Positions 1 through 11,803 of a stretch of DNA of 46,345 nt are shown here, piece after piece. The position numbers and the translations under genes are program-made. The stretch comes from Octopus sinensis. Taxonomy: Eukaryota. The stretch lies in NCBI RefSeq assembly GCF_006345805.1, contig NW_021834636.1:1-46345 (forward strand), read 5' to 3'. Under the pieces are notes generated by a model that had not been told where the DNA came from, made no database searches, and was given only the letters and a program-made list of their open reading frames with translations. Position 1 is the first letter of the stretch; each line of letters opens with the position of its first letter.

Positions 1-565
1 AAGGCTGCACCAGGCCAGTCTGATCTGGCAGTGTTTCTACAGCTGGATGCCCTTCCTAACGCCAACCACTCCATGAGTGTAGTGGGTGCTTTTTATGTGC
101 CACCGACACAGGTGCCAGACGAGGCTGGCGAACGGCCACGCTCGGATGGTGTTTTTTTATGTGCCACCGACACAGGTGCCAGACGAGGCTGGCGAACGGC
201 CACGCTCGGATGGTGTTTTTTACGTGCCACCGGCATGGAGGCCAGGCGAGGCTGGCACGGCCACATTCAGATGGTGTTTGTTACATGCCCACAGCACGGA
301 GGCCAGTCAATGCGGTACTGGCTACGGCCACGTTCAGATGGTTTTCTTATGTGCCACCGGCACTGGTACCACAAAAATACAAATTCCATTGATGTTCATC
401 GATTTTGATTTGATTTGAATTTTACAAGCCTCAACAGGTCTTCACAAGTGTCCCAAGAAGGAAGGTATGCACAGGTGGACTGACTACGTCCCAGGTAGGG
501 GCCATGGGTTATGGCCTCACGTGTCCTGCCGGGTCTTCTCGCGCACAGCATACTTCCAAAGGTCT
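1..565 (-). mobile_element. 3' portion of RTE LINE (ORF end plus 3' UTR), runs off the window edge
   Basis: Reverse complement closely matches 42010-42600 of the RTE copy in this window, including the 64-bp UTR repeats and GTGGTTGGCGTTAGGAAGGGCATCCAG. Confidence 0.9.
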
Positions 566-741
566 TATTACCATAAAATAAAAAAGGGACATATGAGCTG
601 GCAAAATCCTAGATGCATTATGCCTAAATAAAAGACAGGATTACCACAGCTGGATTGTCTTTTGATAATAACTTTGCCTGATCAGCCAGAGTTCATTAAG
701 GATGGAACAATACATAATAAGAAAATCTGCAATTAACAGGC

Positions 742-1152
<411 letters not shown>

Positions 1153-1887
1153 TACTCTTCTGTTTTAAATTATTTAACTTCTTTCCTCTAAGGAAAGATC
1201 TGGTTTCTAACAAAGATAGAAATGTCCGTCATTCGAAGGTAAATAACGGAAACAATGTCACACTTGGTCTATCAGGTGTTCACCAACACTACACCTGATA
1301 CTCCACCCCATACGCATGCACACATGTATATCATGATTCATACACTGTTCACTTTCCTGACTTTTGTAGATAATTCTATGTACTATACATGCACCTTTGA
1401 TGAGTTGTAGTGTCCCTGAGCACTATATACAATAATTTCATTATTATTATTATTTTGGGAAAATATTGTACATTTTTAGTGTTCCACTTACAGATTGTAT
1501 TTATAAGTATATGTATGGTATGTATGTATGTATGTATGTATGTATAGACAAACAAATAAATATGATTGTTTTTTGAAATTTTTATGTGAGAAATATTAAG
1601 CCTTGAATATGTAGGCCAAATGACCAAAAATACAACACACACCCTCATAATTATCATCATCACTGTTTTACCACCATCTTTTCCATACTTGCATGGTTCA
1701 GACAGAATTTGTTGAGGAAGATTGTCTATGGCTGGATGCTCTCCCTGTCACCAACACTCACTTGTTTCCAAATAAGATTATATTTCTCCAAGGGCAGACT
1801 TGGCTCCACAGAGTCCTGGAAATGAATGACACTGCTTGTATGACAGTGACACTCATTTACAACTATCATGCAATGTCACACATATAT

Positions 1888-2110
1888 CATCACCATCAGC
1901 AGCATCATTTAATGTCCATTGTCCAAGCTGGCATGGGTTGGATGGTTTGATTGGGGTGGCACACTGGAAGGCTACGCCAGACTCCAGTCTAATTTGTCAT
2001 GGCTTTCTACGGCTGGATGCTCTTCCTAACACCAACCACTCTGAGAGTGTAATGAGTGCTTTTACGTGCCACTGGCACAGGTGCCATTTCTGTGACACCG
2101 GTATCTGCCA
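1888..2110 (-). mobile_element. Diverged RTE 3'-end fragment or RTE-tailed SINE
   Basis: (CAT)n-like tail, then tttaatgtcc...gctggatgctcttcctaacaccaaccac, homologous to the RTE 3' UTR at 42500-42678. Confidence 0.75.
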
Positions 2111-2819
2111 CGACTGCACTTTTGTTTGGCTTGATGGGTCTTCTCAAGTACGACATAACGCCAAAGGTCTTGGCAATTGCTTCTGTGAGGCCCAATGCTC
2201 AAAAGGAGCTTGGCCACCTTGCCTCCATGAGTCCTGCTTAAAACGAACTCAGCCACCTCAACTCTGTGAGGCCCAACACTTGAAAGGAACTCAGCCTTCT
2301 TTCAGTTTCACTCTACTAAATCCACCCCCAGGGTTTTGATTGGCCTGAGGCTATAGTGACAGACACTTGCCGAAGGTGATATGAAGTGAAACTGAACTCA
2401 TAACCATGTATTTGGGAAGCAAACTTTGTAACAATACAGCCATGCCTACACCTTTCAGAAAACAATGTATGTCAGACAAAAACTTTTTGCAGCATTATTT
2501 TGTCATACACTCTTATGTTCTGAGTTCAAGTTCTGCCTTCCATGGTTGACTTTACTTTTATTCCTCACATGATTGCAAAGCAAACTTCTCAACCACACAG
2601 CCATGCTAAAGGTGGACTAATAGTCCATATCCTTCACACTAAGAGCTCCCTTATTTGAAAATCAAGTAAGGCTTAGCAACAGGAAGGATATTTGGTTGTA
2701 AAATCTTCCATAAAATTTTTTCCTCTAACACATGGTAGCATGGAAAATGAATATAAAACAAACATATATATATATATATATAATTATGTCAGGTTACTTT
2801 AGAGTGCTACTGGTAACAT

Positions 2820-3250
2820 GTAACCCAGTATAACTTGTTGCATGGTTGGGTCGTCGGCGACTAAACCAGCAACCCCCACCAAGCTCGCTTGGTGAGTAGG
2901 GTGTTTATTGGACACCCTGCAGGATGAAAAACAAAACCTGTCAAAGGGCGGAGGAACTCTTGAGAGTCAACGGCCATCCGATAAATGTCTTAAGGCTGTA
3001 TCATGCGCGGGGACATAGAAATAATCTGACTGAATACCCGATCGCGCAGTTAAACCATTGAGAGTGAAGGACTCCTAGCCATTGTTAGGGCATCCTTCTT
3101 GGAGAAGGCAACTCAGGTAACTGGGATAACTCCGACATAAAACCTGCGGCTCAGTGGTTACCGATGATGTTGACTTGTTCTTCTTTTCGGATTATGGCTG
3201 CTGTTGCTTAGTGAGTGGGATTGACTCAGTGCACAGCCTTTCCTCACTTA
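2820..3250 (+). mobile_element. GC-richer repeat resembling an RTE 5' UTR
   Basis: Contains GGAGAAGGCAACTC...TAAAACC, similar to RTE 5' UTR motifs recalled from memory; no ORF. Confidence 0.35.
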
Positions 3251-3502
3251 AAAAAAAATCTTCTTGCACAGGCATTGCACGATAACAACATTGATTAAGC
3301 TTCGTGCAATGGCCATACCCGATAACGAGGGGGCAGCCACCATGCATGCATGCTTACTTGTATGTATGTATGTATGTATGTAGATATGCATGCATGTATG
3401 TAGATATGTATGTATGTATGCATGAATATATGTATGCATGTATGTATGTATGTATGTAGATATGCATGCATGTAGATGTGTATGTATGTATGTATATATG
3501 GA

Positions 3503-3716
3503 TTTCAGGAGATGAAAACTATTTAACATCCTCCCAAGGAACCTGAGAAATCTGCAATCTGTAGATGTGGAAACTTTCAAGAAACACCTGGAGAAGTTTC
3601 TACCTGAAATCCCAGATGAGACCTCGCAACGGCAGGAGGCAGAAAGAAGTGAAACGTCGTCCAACTTCTTCACCAAAAACATTACAGAAAGCAGACCCAA
3701 AACATGGAGACGCAGA
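3503..3716 (+). mobile_element. 3'-end fragment of a CR1/L2-group LINE ORF2
   Basis: Translates LFNILPRNLRNLQSVDVETFKKHLEKFLPEIPDE, matching the LFNxLP...FKxxLDxFL terminal motif of CR1/L2-like ORF2. Confidence 0.6.
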
Positions 3717-4222
3717 ATATATATATATATATATATATATAAATATATATATATGTATGTATGTGTATATGCCACGCTCACGTTGTTTTCGTTTTTGCCG
3801 TTGAAGGCTTTTTTCATATACGCCAGCCAAGATAAGTTAAAAATTGTCTAAAGTCGTAAGACATTCCTGTCCTTGTACTGTCCACCATTCGTGTTTTTTA
3901 TTTCTGTTTTTTATTTCTATTTTTGTTTCTTGTATTTATATTCGTGTGGCATCCTGTCTTTGTTCCGTATACATTCGACCCTCTTTCCAAGTAATCCGAT
4001 GCCTGTTGCTTGGATTTTCCTTGGGGCTGGCCGGGTCGGAGTAATATCGAGATTAAACAGCCAAAATTACTAAGATGATCCGGTTCCCGACTGAAGATTA
4101 GAGGCTTCGAGTGACCCGTCTGTTTTTTTGTGTCGTCTCCTTGTGTGTTTTTGCGTTCTTGTCCCACTTTGTAATTTATATTTTATATTTAATTTCTATA
4201 TATATATATTTATATGTATGTG

Positions 4223-4257
<35 letters not shown>

Positions 4258-4274
4258 GTGTGGGTACAAGTATA

Positions 4275-4320
<46 letters not shown>

Positions 4321-4364
4321 GATATTTATATAATGATCTCTCTCTCTCTCTCTGTATATATATA

Positions 4365-4396
<32 letters not shown>

Positions 4397-4480
4397 ATGT
4401 AGGATAAAATTTTTTCGAAAAAAATTTATCAATGGCTAGCATATCAAAAAATACCTTTAAAGGTTAAATTTATAAATAAC

Positions 4481-4798
4481 TTCTAATGCCAAATAAGCCG
4501 AAATTTGACAAATTGTCAATAACCATTACATTTTATGCGTCTCGAAACAAGCCGATAGAAATTTCTAAAAAATTCCGTTTATACCGTATTGGTCCCAATT
4601 TCAAAGTTAATTCATACGAATTTTCTTCTCCTCAGCGATAAATACGTAAGACATAAATGAAATACTTACTCATACCCATGGAAAAAGCAAGCTCTAAGTC
4701 CTGAGCAGATCTAAGTACCCCAAATATATCCAAAATAGACGCACAAATTATAATGGTTATTGACAATTTGTCAAATTTCGGCATATTTGGCATTAGAA
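4481..4798. mobile_element. MITE-like element with 48-bp inverted repeats
   Basis: 4481-4528 (TTCTAATGCC...AACCATTA) is the reverse complement of 4751-4798 with one mismatch; 222-bp spacer. Confidence 0.6.
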
Positions 4799-4825
4799 TT
4801 TTTCTTTTACCCTTATTTTATAAGT

Positions 4826-5219
4826 TACTAGCAGTATCACCCGGCGTTGCTCGGGTTTGTAAGGGAAATAATTATATAAGCATTTTTAGAGATGTAAAGT
4901 ATAATAGCCATCTCAATATGGCTAACCACAAAGGGGGAGGGGTGTTACTGTAGCTTTTACGTTCTGAGATTTAATAATAAATTTTAGAGAGTTACTTCCC
5001 TTATATATGTCAAAAATGGATTAAAAAGGGGAAAATTGATGGTAATTTTTTTTTAAATCGTAGACTCATCGTAGACGCGCGCTAATACCCAGACGGTCTC
5101 GATATGAATCACGACTATAAGATACCCGGTTTTGGTTAAACTGCACCGCAAAATGTGGGAGTAGTTAGGAATCTAAATCGTAGGAGACAGACACACACCT
5201 CACTTTTATATATAAAGAT
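4826..5219 (+). mobile_element. Non-autonomous Helitron/Helentron-like element (HINE/Lep1 type)
   Basis: 5' TACTAGC plus short hairpin CCCG-gcgttgct-CGGG; 3' (CA)n followed by CTTTTATATATAAAGAT, the layout of DINE-1/Lep1-like elements. Confidence 0.6.
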
Positions 5220-5376
5220 TTCCTCTATTTACATAATATTGAGGTCTCTTTCTTTCTTTTGTTTCTTACTGTTTTTACCAATATACATATATATATATAT
5301 AAATATATATATAGTACAGAGATGTACTTGCATAGCAAGTGACTTGATCTGATATCGTGTGCTGGAACGAAAACAG

Positions 5377-5630
5377 TTGCAGCGTTGAAGGTGTTATAAG
5401 CCATTTAAGAAACGCACAAAAACCGTTAGACACTTCAACATTTAAATTTAATTTGTCAAAATATTTTCATCGCTTTGAGACCGCGACCTGTTAGCACGAT
5501 ATTTTTGTCAGTGAACAGGTCGCGGTCTCAAAGCGACGAAAATATTTTGGCAAATTAAATTTGAATGTTGAAGTGAATGTACGGTTTTTGTGTGTTTCTT
5601 AAATGGCTTACAACACCTTCCACGCTGCAA
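5377..5630. repeat. Long inverted repeat (116/117-bp arms, 21-nt spacer)
   Basis: 5377-5492 pairs with 5514-5630 with scattered mismatches. Confidence 0.9.
5504..5554 (+). ncRNA. Minimal type I hammerhead-like motif with G3-C8 core
   Basis: TTTGTCA-GTGAACA-G-GTCGC(ggtctcaaa)GCGAC-GAAA-ATATT-T/TGGCAAA: 7-bp stem I, 5-bp stem II, palindromic stem III AATATT, one extra G before stem II. Confidence 0.5.
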
Positions 5631-5880
5631 TATATATATACACACATATATATAGATGTATGTATGTATGTATGTGTGTATGTGTATGCATGTATGTGTA
5701 TGTGCGTGTCTGTGCTTGTGATTGTCCTCCACCACTGCTTGACAACGAATGTTGGTTTGTTTACATCCCTGTCACCTAGTGGTTTGACAAAGGAAACAGA
5801 TAGAATAAGTACAATGCTTACAAAAAATAAAACGAGTTCAAGGCATGAGAAAGCTTGAGTTTACATGAGAAGGCCTAACA

Positions 5881-6345
5881 GACCTGGTAGAAACAGCAGC
5901 CAAATCTCCCTCAAATCACACCTTACTGTCTTATGTATGTATATATTATGAGCCAATGAGGGGGACCTCTACATGGTAGCTAGACATGGTAGAAATAGCA
6001 GCCAAATTCCCCCAAATCACACCTTACTGTCTTATCTATGTATATAGTATGTATGAGCCTATGAGGGAGACCCCTACATGGCAGCTAGACTGGTAGAAAT
6101 AGCAGCCAAATTTCCCCCAAATCACACCTTACTGTCTTATCTATGTATATATGTATGGGAGCCTATGAGGGAGACCCCTACATGTCAGCTAGACCTGGTA
6201 GAAATAGCAGCCAAATTTCCCCAAATCACACCTTACTGTCTTTCTATGTATATGTATGTATGAGCCTATGAGGGAGACCCCTACATGGCAGCTAGACATG
6301 GTAGAAATAGCAGCCAAATCTCCCTCAAATCACACGTTACTGTCT
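5881..6345. repeat. About 103-bp tandem repeat, 4.5 copies
   Basis: GTAGAAA(T/C)AGCAGCCAAAT starts at 5887, 5989, 6093, 6198 and 6301. Confidence 0.95.
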
Positions 6346-6868
6346 TATCTTTCTGCTACTTGGATATAGGTGTTATATTTGTCGTAAAAAACTTTCCTGT
6401 CACACACTCACGCACACACACACACACACACGCACCCTCACACACACACACACGCGCACACCCACACACACACACTCACACACACGCACGTTAGCTTACA
6501 ATTTTATTTATATATTTGCGTGTCTATGTGTTGAAAGAGGAAGTGGGAGGCAGAGTGAAAGAATCACTCACTACAGTAAGTCAATTACTTTCATTTTATT
6601 CGTTGCCCACTGTGTGTGTGCGTTTGCGTGTGGTGTAAACCAGACTAAGAAAAGCATTTGACACACACACCAGAATGTGAGTTTTCTGTAAATTTTGCTT
6701 AATTGGAGTTTAAATTTTAAAAACTGGACCTGGCATGACGTGATGCATTGTACTCTTAAAAATGCAAGGTAAATTGTAATTGAAGAAATCCTATATTGTA
6801 GATTTGTATAACTCCCAAAGGGAGGCAGATAAAATCTGCCTTTTATAATAAGAGATATATGTATATAT

Positions 6869-7287
6869 ACTCTTTTACTTGTTTCAGTCATTTGACTTTG
6901 GCCATGCTGAGCACCACCTTAAGACGAGCAAATCGACCCAAGGACTTATTCTTTGTAAGCCTAGTACTTATTCTATCGGTCTTTTTTGCCGAACTGCTAA
7001 GTTACCAGGACGTAAACACATCAGCATCAATTGTCAAACGATGTTGGGAGGACAAACACAGACACACAAACATATACTCTTTTACTTGTTTCAGTCATTT
7101 GACTGCGGCCATGCTGGAGCACCGCCTTTAGTCGAGCAAATCGACCCCAGGACTTATTCTTTTGTAAGCCCAGTACTTATTCTATCGGTCTCTTTTGCTG
7201 AACCGCTAAGTAACGGGGACATAAACACACCAGCATCGGTTGTCAAGGAATGCTATTGGGACAAACACAGACAAACACACACACGCA

Positions 7288-7322
<35 letters not shown>

Positions 7323-7495
7323 CGACGGGCTTCTTTCAGTTTCCGTCTACCAAATCCACTCACAAGGCTTTGGTCGGACCGATGCTATAGTAGAAGACAC
7401 TTGCCCAAGGTGCCACGCAGTGGGACTGAACCAACAGGCATCTTTCAGTTTCCATCTACCAAATCCACTCACAAGGCTTTGGTCGGCCTGAGGCT
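6869..7495 (-). mobile_element. Octopus-type SINE with internally duplicated 3' half
   Basis: TACTCTTTTACTTGTTTCAGTCATTTGAC occurs at about 6868 and 7075; body GACACTTGCCCAAGGTGCCACGCAGTGGGACTGAACC is shared with other copies in the window. Confidence 0.85.
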
Positions 7496-7545
7496 GAGAG
7501 AGAGAGAGAGAGAGAGTTAAATTCAGGCTTTATTCAAATTCGTTT

Positions 7546-7634
7546 ACTTCCGACACATGTTTCGAAGATATCACTGGTATTATTCCAAAGGAATAAAATA
7601 ATGCAAAACAATGTAATCTTCTCTTCATGGAAAT
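7546..7634 (-). ncRNA. Penelope-type hammerhead-like motif, C3 mutated to A
   Basis: ATTTCC-ATGAAGA-GAAGAT(long loop)ATCTTC-GAAAC-ATGT-GTC/GGAAGT; stems I and II pair and stem III is quasi-palindromic. Confidence 0.55.
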
Positions 7635-7815
7635 GAAGACATGAAACTCGCCAAGGAGTTGCAACCTTTTTACTTGTGTGGCTTTTTGCTACCCTGGTAA
7701 CTATTTATCTATTTTTTAAGTAGGGAAAAATACACCCATCTATATAAATATATATATATATATATATGAAAAAACAAGTCAAAAATAGAAAATGCTAAAA
7801 TAATTTTATAGTGAA

Positions 7816-7862
7816 CATTTCAGTACCGGTTTCGGTCATTTTGAGACCTTTTCAACTGTAAC
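7816..7862 (-). ncRNA. Penelope-type minimal hammerhead-like motif with U3-A8 core
   Basis: CAG-TTGAAAA-GGTC(tcaaaat)GACC-GAAA-CCGG-TA/CTG; palindromic stem III ACCGGT; predicted cleavage after the GUA triplet at 7824. Confidence 0.6.
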
Positions 7863-8199
7863 GATTAAATAATTAAATTTAGAAAAATTAGAAGAAAAGT
7901 TTTTTTAAAAGAATATTTCTATAGTAGTGTTCAGATTTAAGTGGCATTCTGCCTTTCTCTGACTCCCTTGTTTGCACTTGTGTGTCGGAGGTCGTTGTGA
8001 GTTCTGGAAGGGTAGTAGAGGAAGAAGGCTGGTGGGGAAAGGGGGATGGGAGAATCTGGGAGTGCCCTGATGGTCGTATTTTGAATGGTCAGTGGCGGCT
8101 GGCAGTCAGTCTCGTTCAATTCAGGAGAATATTTATATTGACAGGCTTGTTTATAGAATTTGCGTAGGTGTTATACTAAAAAACATTAGTGACAAAGTA

Positions 8200-8460
8200 A
8201 GGGGTAGGGGGTGGAGAAGTAGAGAAGAAGAAGAAGAAGAAGAGAAGGAGAGGAGAAGAGAAGGAGAAGATGACGATGATGGTGGTGGTGGTGATGATTA
8301 TGACGACGATGATGATGAAATGATGATGATGAAGAAGAAGGAGGAGAAGGAGAAGATGGTGGTGATGATGGTGGTGATGATGATGACGACGATGATGATG
8401 ATAATGATGATGATGAAGGAGAAGAGAAGAAGAAGAAGAAGAAAAAAACAGAGAAGGGGA
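8200..8460. repeat. (GAA)/(GAT)/(GGT) low-complexity trinucleotide tract
   Basis: Direct inspection. Confidence 0.9.
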
Positions 8461-8499
8461 ATATGAATGGTGTAAGTATAGCTATGAGGGGCTGATTAG

Positions 8500-11400
8500 T
8501 AATGGATTCTATGGAGTGTAATATTTGTGTGTATATATATTTTTTTCTTTTATTCTAAAGTTGAGGTATATTAATTGTTTGTCGTAGACCCTTTAGAAGT
8601 GGCTGTATTTTGTAATAAAGAGATTTTCTTTACTTATTCGTTGTCTCGAGGTTGTATCGTCCCTAATTGGTAGAGGGGGAAAATTCTGAAGTTTGGTTTT
8701 TTTTGTTGGCGCAAGTATCTATGTGTTGGCTAAAAGCTATTTTTCTGTTTTGGGGAATTTTTATCTGGGATCTGTGCAGGGCCATTCGTTTACGCAAACC
8801 ATTTTTTGTTTGGCCTATGTACTGCTCTTGACACCCGGAGCAGGTTAGTGAGTATATTAGGTTCTCCGAAGCACATGTGAAGTTGCTTTTCACTGTAAAC
8901 CGTTGTCCCTGCTTGAAGGAGAACTCTGATCCCTCAATTAGATAGTCGCATATCCCGCAATTGGGTCTTCCACATTTTTTTACTGTCGGCTTCTGTGTTG
9001 AGGAGTGAATTCGGGCTTGTGTAAGGAGACTTTTCATGGATCTAGGCTGTCTTTTGCTTTTTATGATCGTGTGTGTTGGAGGATTGTGTTCATTCTGTGG
9101 TCTTTTTTTAGGAGGGGTATGTGTGGAGGATGGTGTCGAAGGCTTCGTTATTGAGAGGGTTGTGTGTGGAGATGTATGGTAAGGCTTTTGGTTGTAAGTT
9201 TTTCTTTGACTTGGGATGTCTCAGTTCCTTGATGTTAAGTTGAAGGGCACGTTGAATGCACTTGTCAATAAGTGAAGGTGGATAGTTCCTGGTGATTAGG
9301 GTATCTTTTAGTTCTTGTAGTCGTGTGTCTCTGGTGTTTGCGTTAGAGACTATCCTTTTTGCTAGATTGAAGGGGATATTCATCCTGGTGTGTCTGGGGT
9401 GGCATGAATTGAATGGAAGATATTGCTTAGAGTCTGTAGGCTTATAGTATATGTCTGTTTCTATTATATTATTAGCTTTCTTAATGAGGATATCGAGGAA
9501 GGGGAGTTGTTGTTGGCTATATTCCATCGTGAATTGGATGTTTACGTCCAGTCCGTTTAAAATTTTCTGGAATTCTATGAGTTTTTCTATATTTTATGCC
9601 AAAGGATGAAACAGTCATCTAGATATCTTTCCAGTTGTTTTCTATGTAGATGGAGAAAGGGCTGCCATATCTTTCTAGAACCTTACGATACAGACTGATC
9701 TCTAGGTATCCTATGACTAGGTTGGCAAAGGAGGGGGCCATTCGTGTACCCATCGCAGTCCCCGATTTTTTTGTCGTAGAAGTTGTCATTGAAGGCGAAG
9801 AAGTTATTTTCCAGGATGAATTTGACCCTTCTATCACAAATTCTTTTTTGATGCGGCGGTTGTGGTAGTTTGTTGGCGTGATTCTCTAGCCAGAATTGGA
9901 TTGCCTCTAGTCCTAGGTTGTGGGGGATATTGGAGTAGAGGTTGACTACATCGAAGGATACCAGTATGGTGTTTTTGTTTATAGTATTCGGTAGGTGATT
10001 GAGCATATCTAAGTCGTCCCTTATATAGCTTTTGACATGTTTGAGAGTGGTGGTTTTAACAGGGTGTCTAAAAAATTACTGAGCGGTGGGTTTCGCATGC
10101 GGGACCTGCTATTATGGGTCTCAATTTGAGGTCATTAGGATTAGGGACTTTAATTTTGTCTGTAGCTATCTTGCATGCGTTGTTATTTTTTCACTTTTGT
10201 GGATCTTAGGTATACCGTAGAATTGGCTAGTTTTACTTGTGAAATTGGTCATATAATCATATTCTTTGTCGGTGAGCCCTGCTTTGTATGGGTTAATATA
10301 GATTTTAGTTCCCTCATTATTTTTGTTGACTGTAGTTTTGTGCCTTTTCATAGTATGTTGTTGTCTTCCAGCATAGAAAGTACCAAAGTTATGTAAAATG
10401 TCGTGTCCATTAAGACAACAGCACTCCCTTTATCGGCCTCTTTGATTGTTATTGTTTTATCTAGTTTTTAATTTGTTCAACTCAGCCCATTCTTTTTTGC
10501 TGAAGTTTGGTTTGTGTTTTTTGTTGTGCATATGTTGATATGGGTAATTGATATGTGGTCACAGAAATCATACAGTGTTTTATTCTTACCTTTCGAGGGG
10601 GTGTAGTTACTCCTATTTCTGGCTAACGATTCGTCTCGTTGTATTTATCGTTAGCTCCTCAGTAAGTCTTAATTTTCTGCAGAATTCTGCGATGTCTTCT
10701 TTCATTTCATGTAGTTGGGGTGTTGTGGGGTGGGTGTAAACTTGAGTCCTTTGGAAAGTATGTTTATTTGGTTTGCTGTTAGTTCCTTGTGAGTTAGATT
10801 AATAATTTTATTACTTTTGGTTCCTCCTGCTTGTTTGGTGCTATCTTGTGTCTCTGTGTTTGCGTATTGGGTCTAAAAATGAATGCGGTGGTTGGGACGG
10901 TAGCTAGTATATAGTTGTTCTTTGTTGATTAGGGGTCTCCTGTTGTGATTTATGGTGTGTGTTCTTGGAGCAGTATTGAGGAGAGCATCCCGATATCCAT
11001 ATTCGTGTGTGGTGTTCTAGGAGGCCTTCGTTGGTAATCATTGCAAGTGGTGTGGGTTTGTTGTGCATGGTTGTTTAACCGGTTATGGGACGAAGATTTC
11101 GTTGGTAACTCCTTTGGGTGGGGATGAGGTTGCAGTGTCTATGCTGTGGGTGTTGATTTATCCTTTCTCTGCTTGAAGTGGCGGTATTCCTGATATTGTA
11201 TCGCTGGCTGCTTACAGAGTTAGGGTTAGGTCCTGTATTCTTTTTTTGATAGTAGTGAAGGTTCCGATTTTTAGACAGGTGTGTATCGGTTTTTGGGTGT
11301 TTTTGGTTTTCTTATTTTCTGGAAAGGGTTGTTGGAGGCGTGCTCTGTTTGAAAGACGGCTTCATAGTCTGAGAACCAGTGGCGCTTTTCTCCAGCGTTG

Positions 11401-11772
11401 GAGAGATTTTAGTTCTTCTTTTTCACAGTCCTCTTTCCATAGTTTGGAGAACTTCTCTTGATCTGGGCCTTGGGTCATTTTGCGAATTTCTTCGTTGATA
11501 TCTTCATCGGTGGATTTTATTTTATCCTCATTCGTTTGGGCCCTCAATTTAAGAAGTTCTATTTCCATTTTCATTTTTTTCCAGTGCCATTCTCTCCCTG
11601 AGGTGTCTTTGAGTTTCAGGTTCTTCTGTAATAGCTTTGAACTGGAATTTACGTGGGAGGATTAACGGGGTCCGGTTGAGCCATTTTTCGTATATATCCG
11701 CTTTGTTGTTGTTTTGGATCATCTTCCAAAAGGCGAACTTTCTATCTCTGAGTGATTTGTTCCATTGTGGTA

Positions 11773-11775
<3 letters not shown>
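8500..11775 (-). mobile_element. Decayed Penelope-like element (RT + GIY-YIG), probably Neptune group
   Basis: Frameshifted pieces in order: EDIAEFCRKLRL (about 10690), SFDVVNLYSNIPH, GTAMGTRMAPSFANL, LPFLDILI..TDIYYKPTDSKQYL..SCHPRH, Cys linker CGRPNCGIC, and LIYSLTCSGCQEQYIGQT..LRKRMALH (GIY-YIG), ending at 8663. Confidence 0.9.

Positions 11776-11803
<28 letters not shown>

Noticed and set aside
1270-1300. 10-bp-stem hairpin TATCAGGTGT/ACACCTGATA
   Set aside because: Short and isolated, with no supporting context.
4085-4120. Hammerhead-like CTGAAGA...GGCTTCGAG (also the degenerate motif at 18600-18660)
   Set aside because: GAAA or core too degenerate and stem II incomplete.
8092-8466. 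124-aa acidic and poly-M ORF
   Set aside because: Trinucleotide low-complexity DNA with no splice signals or domain.
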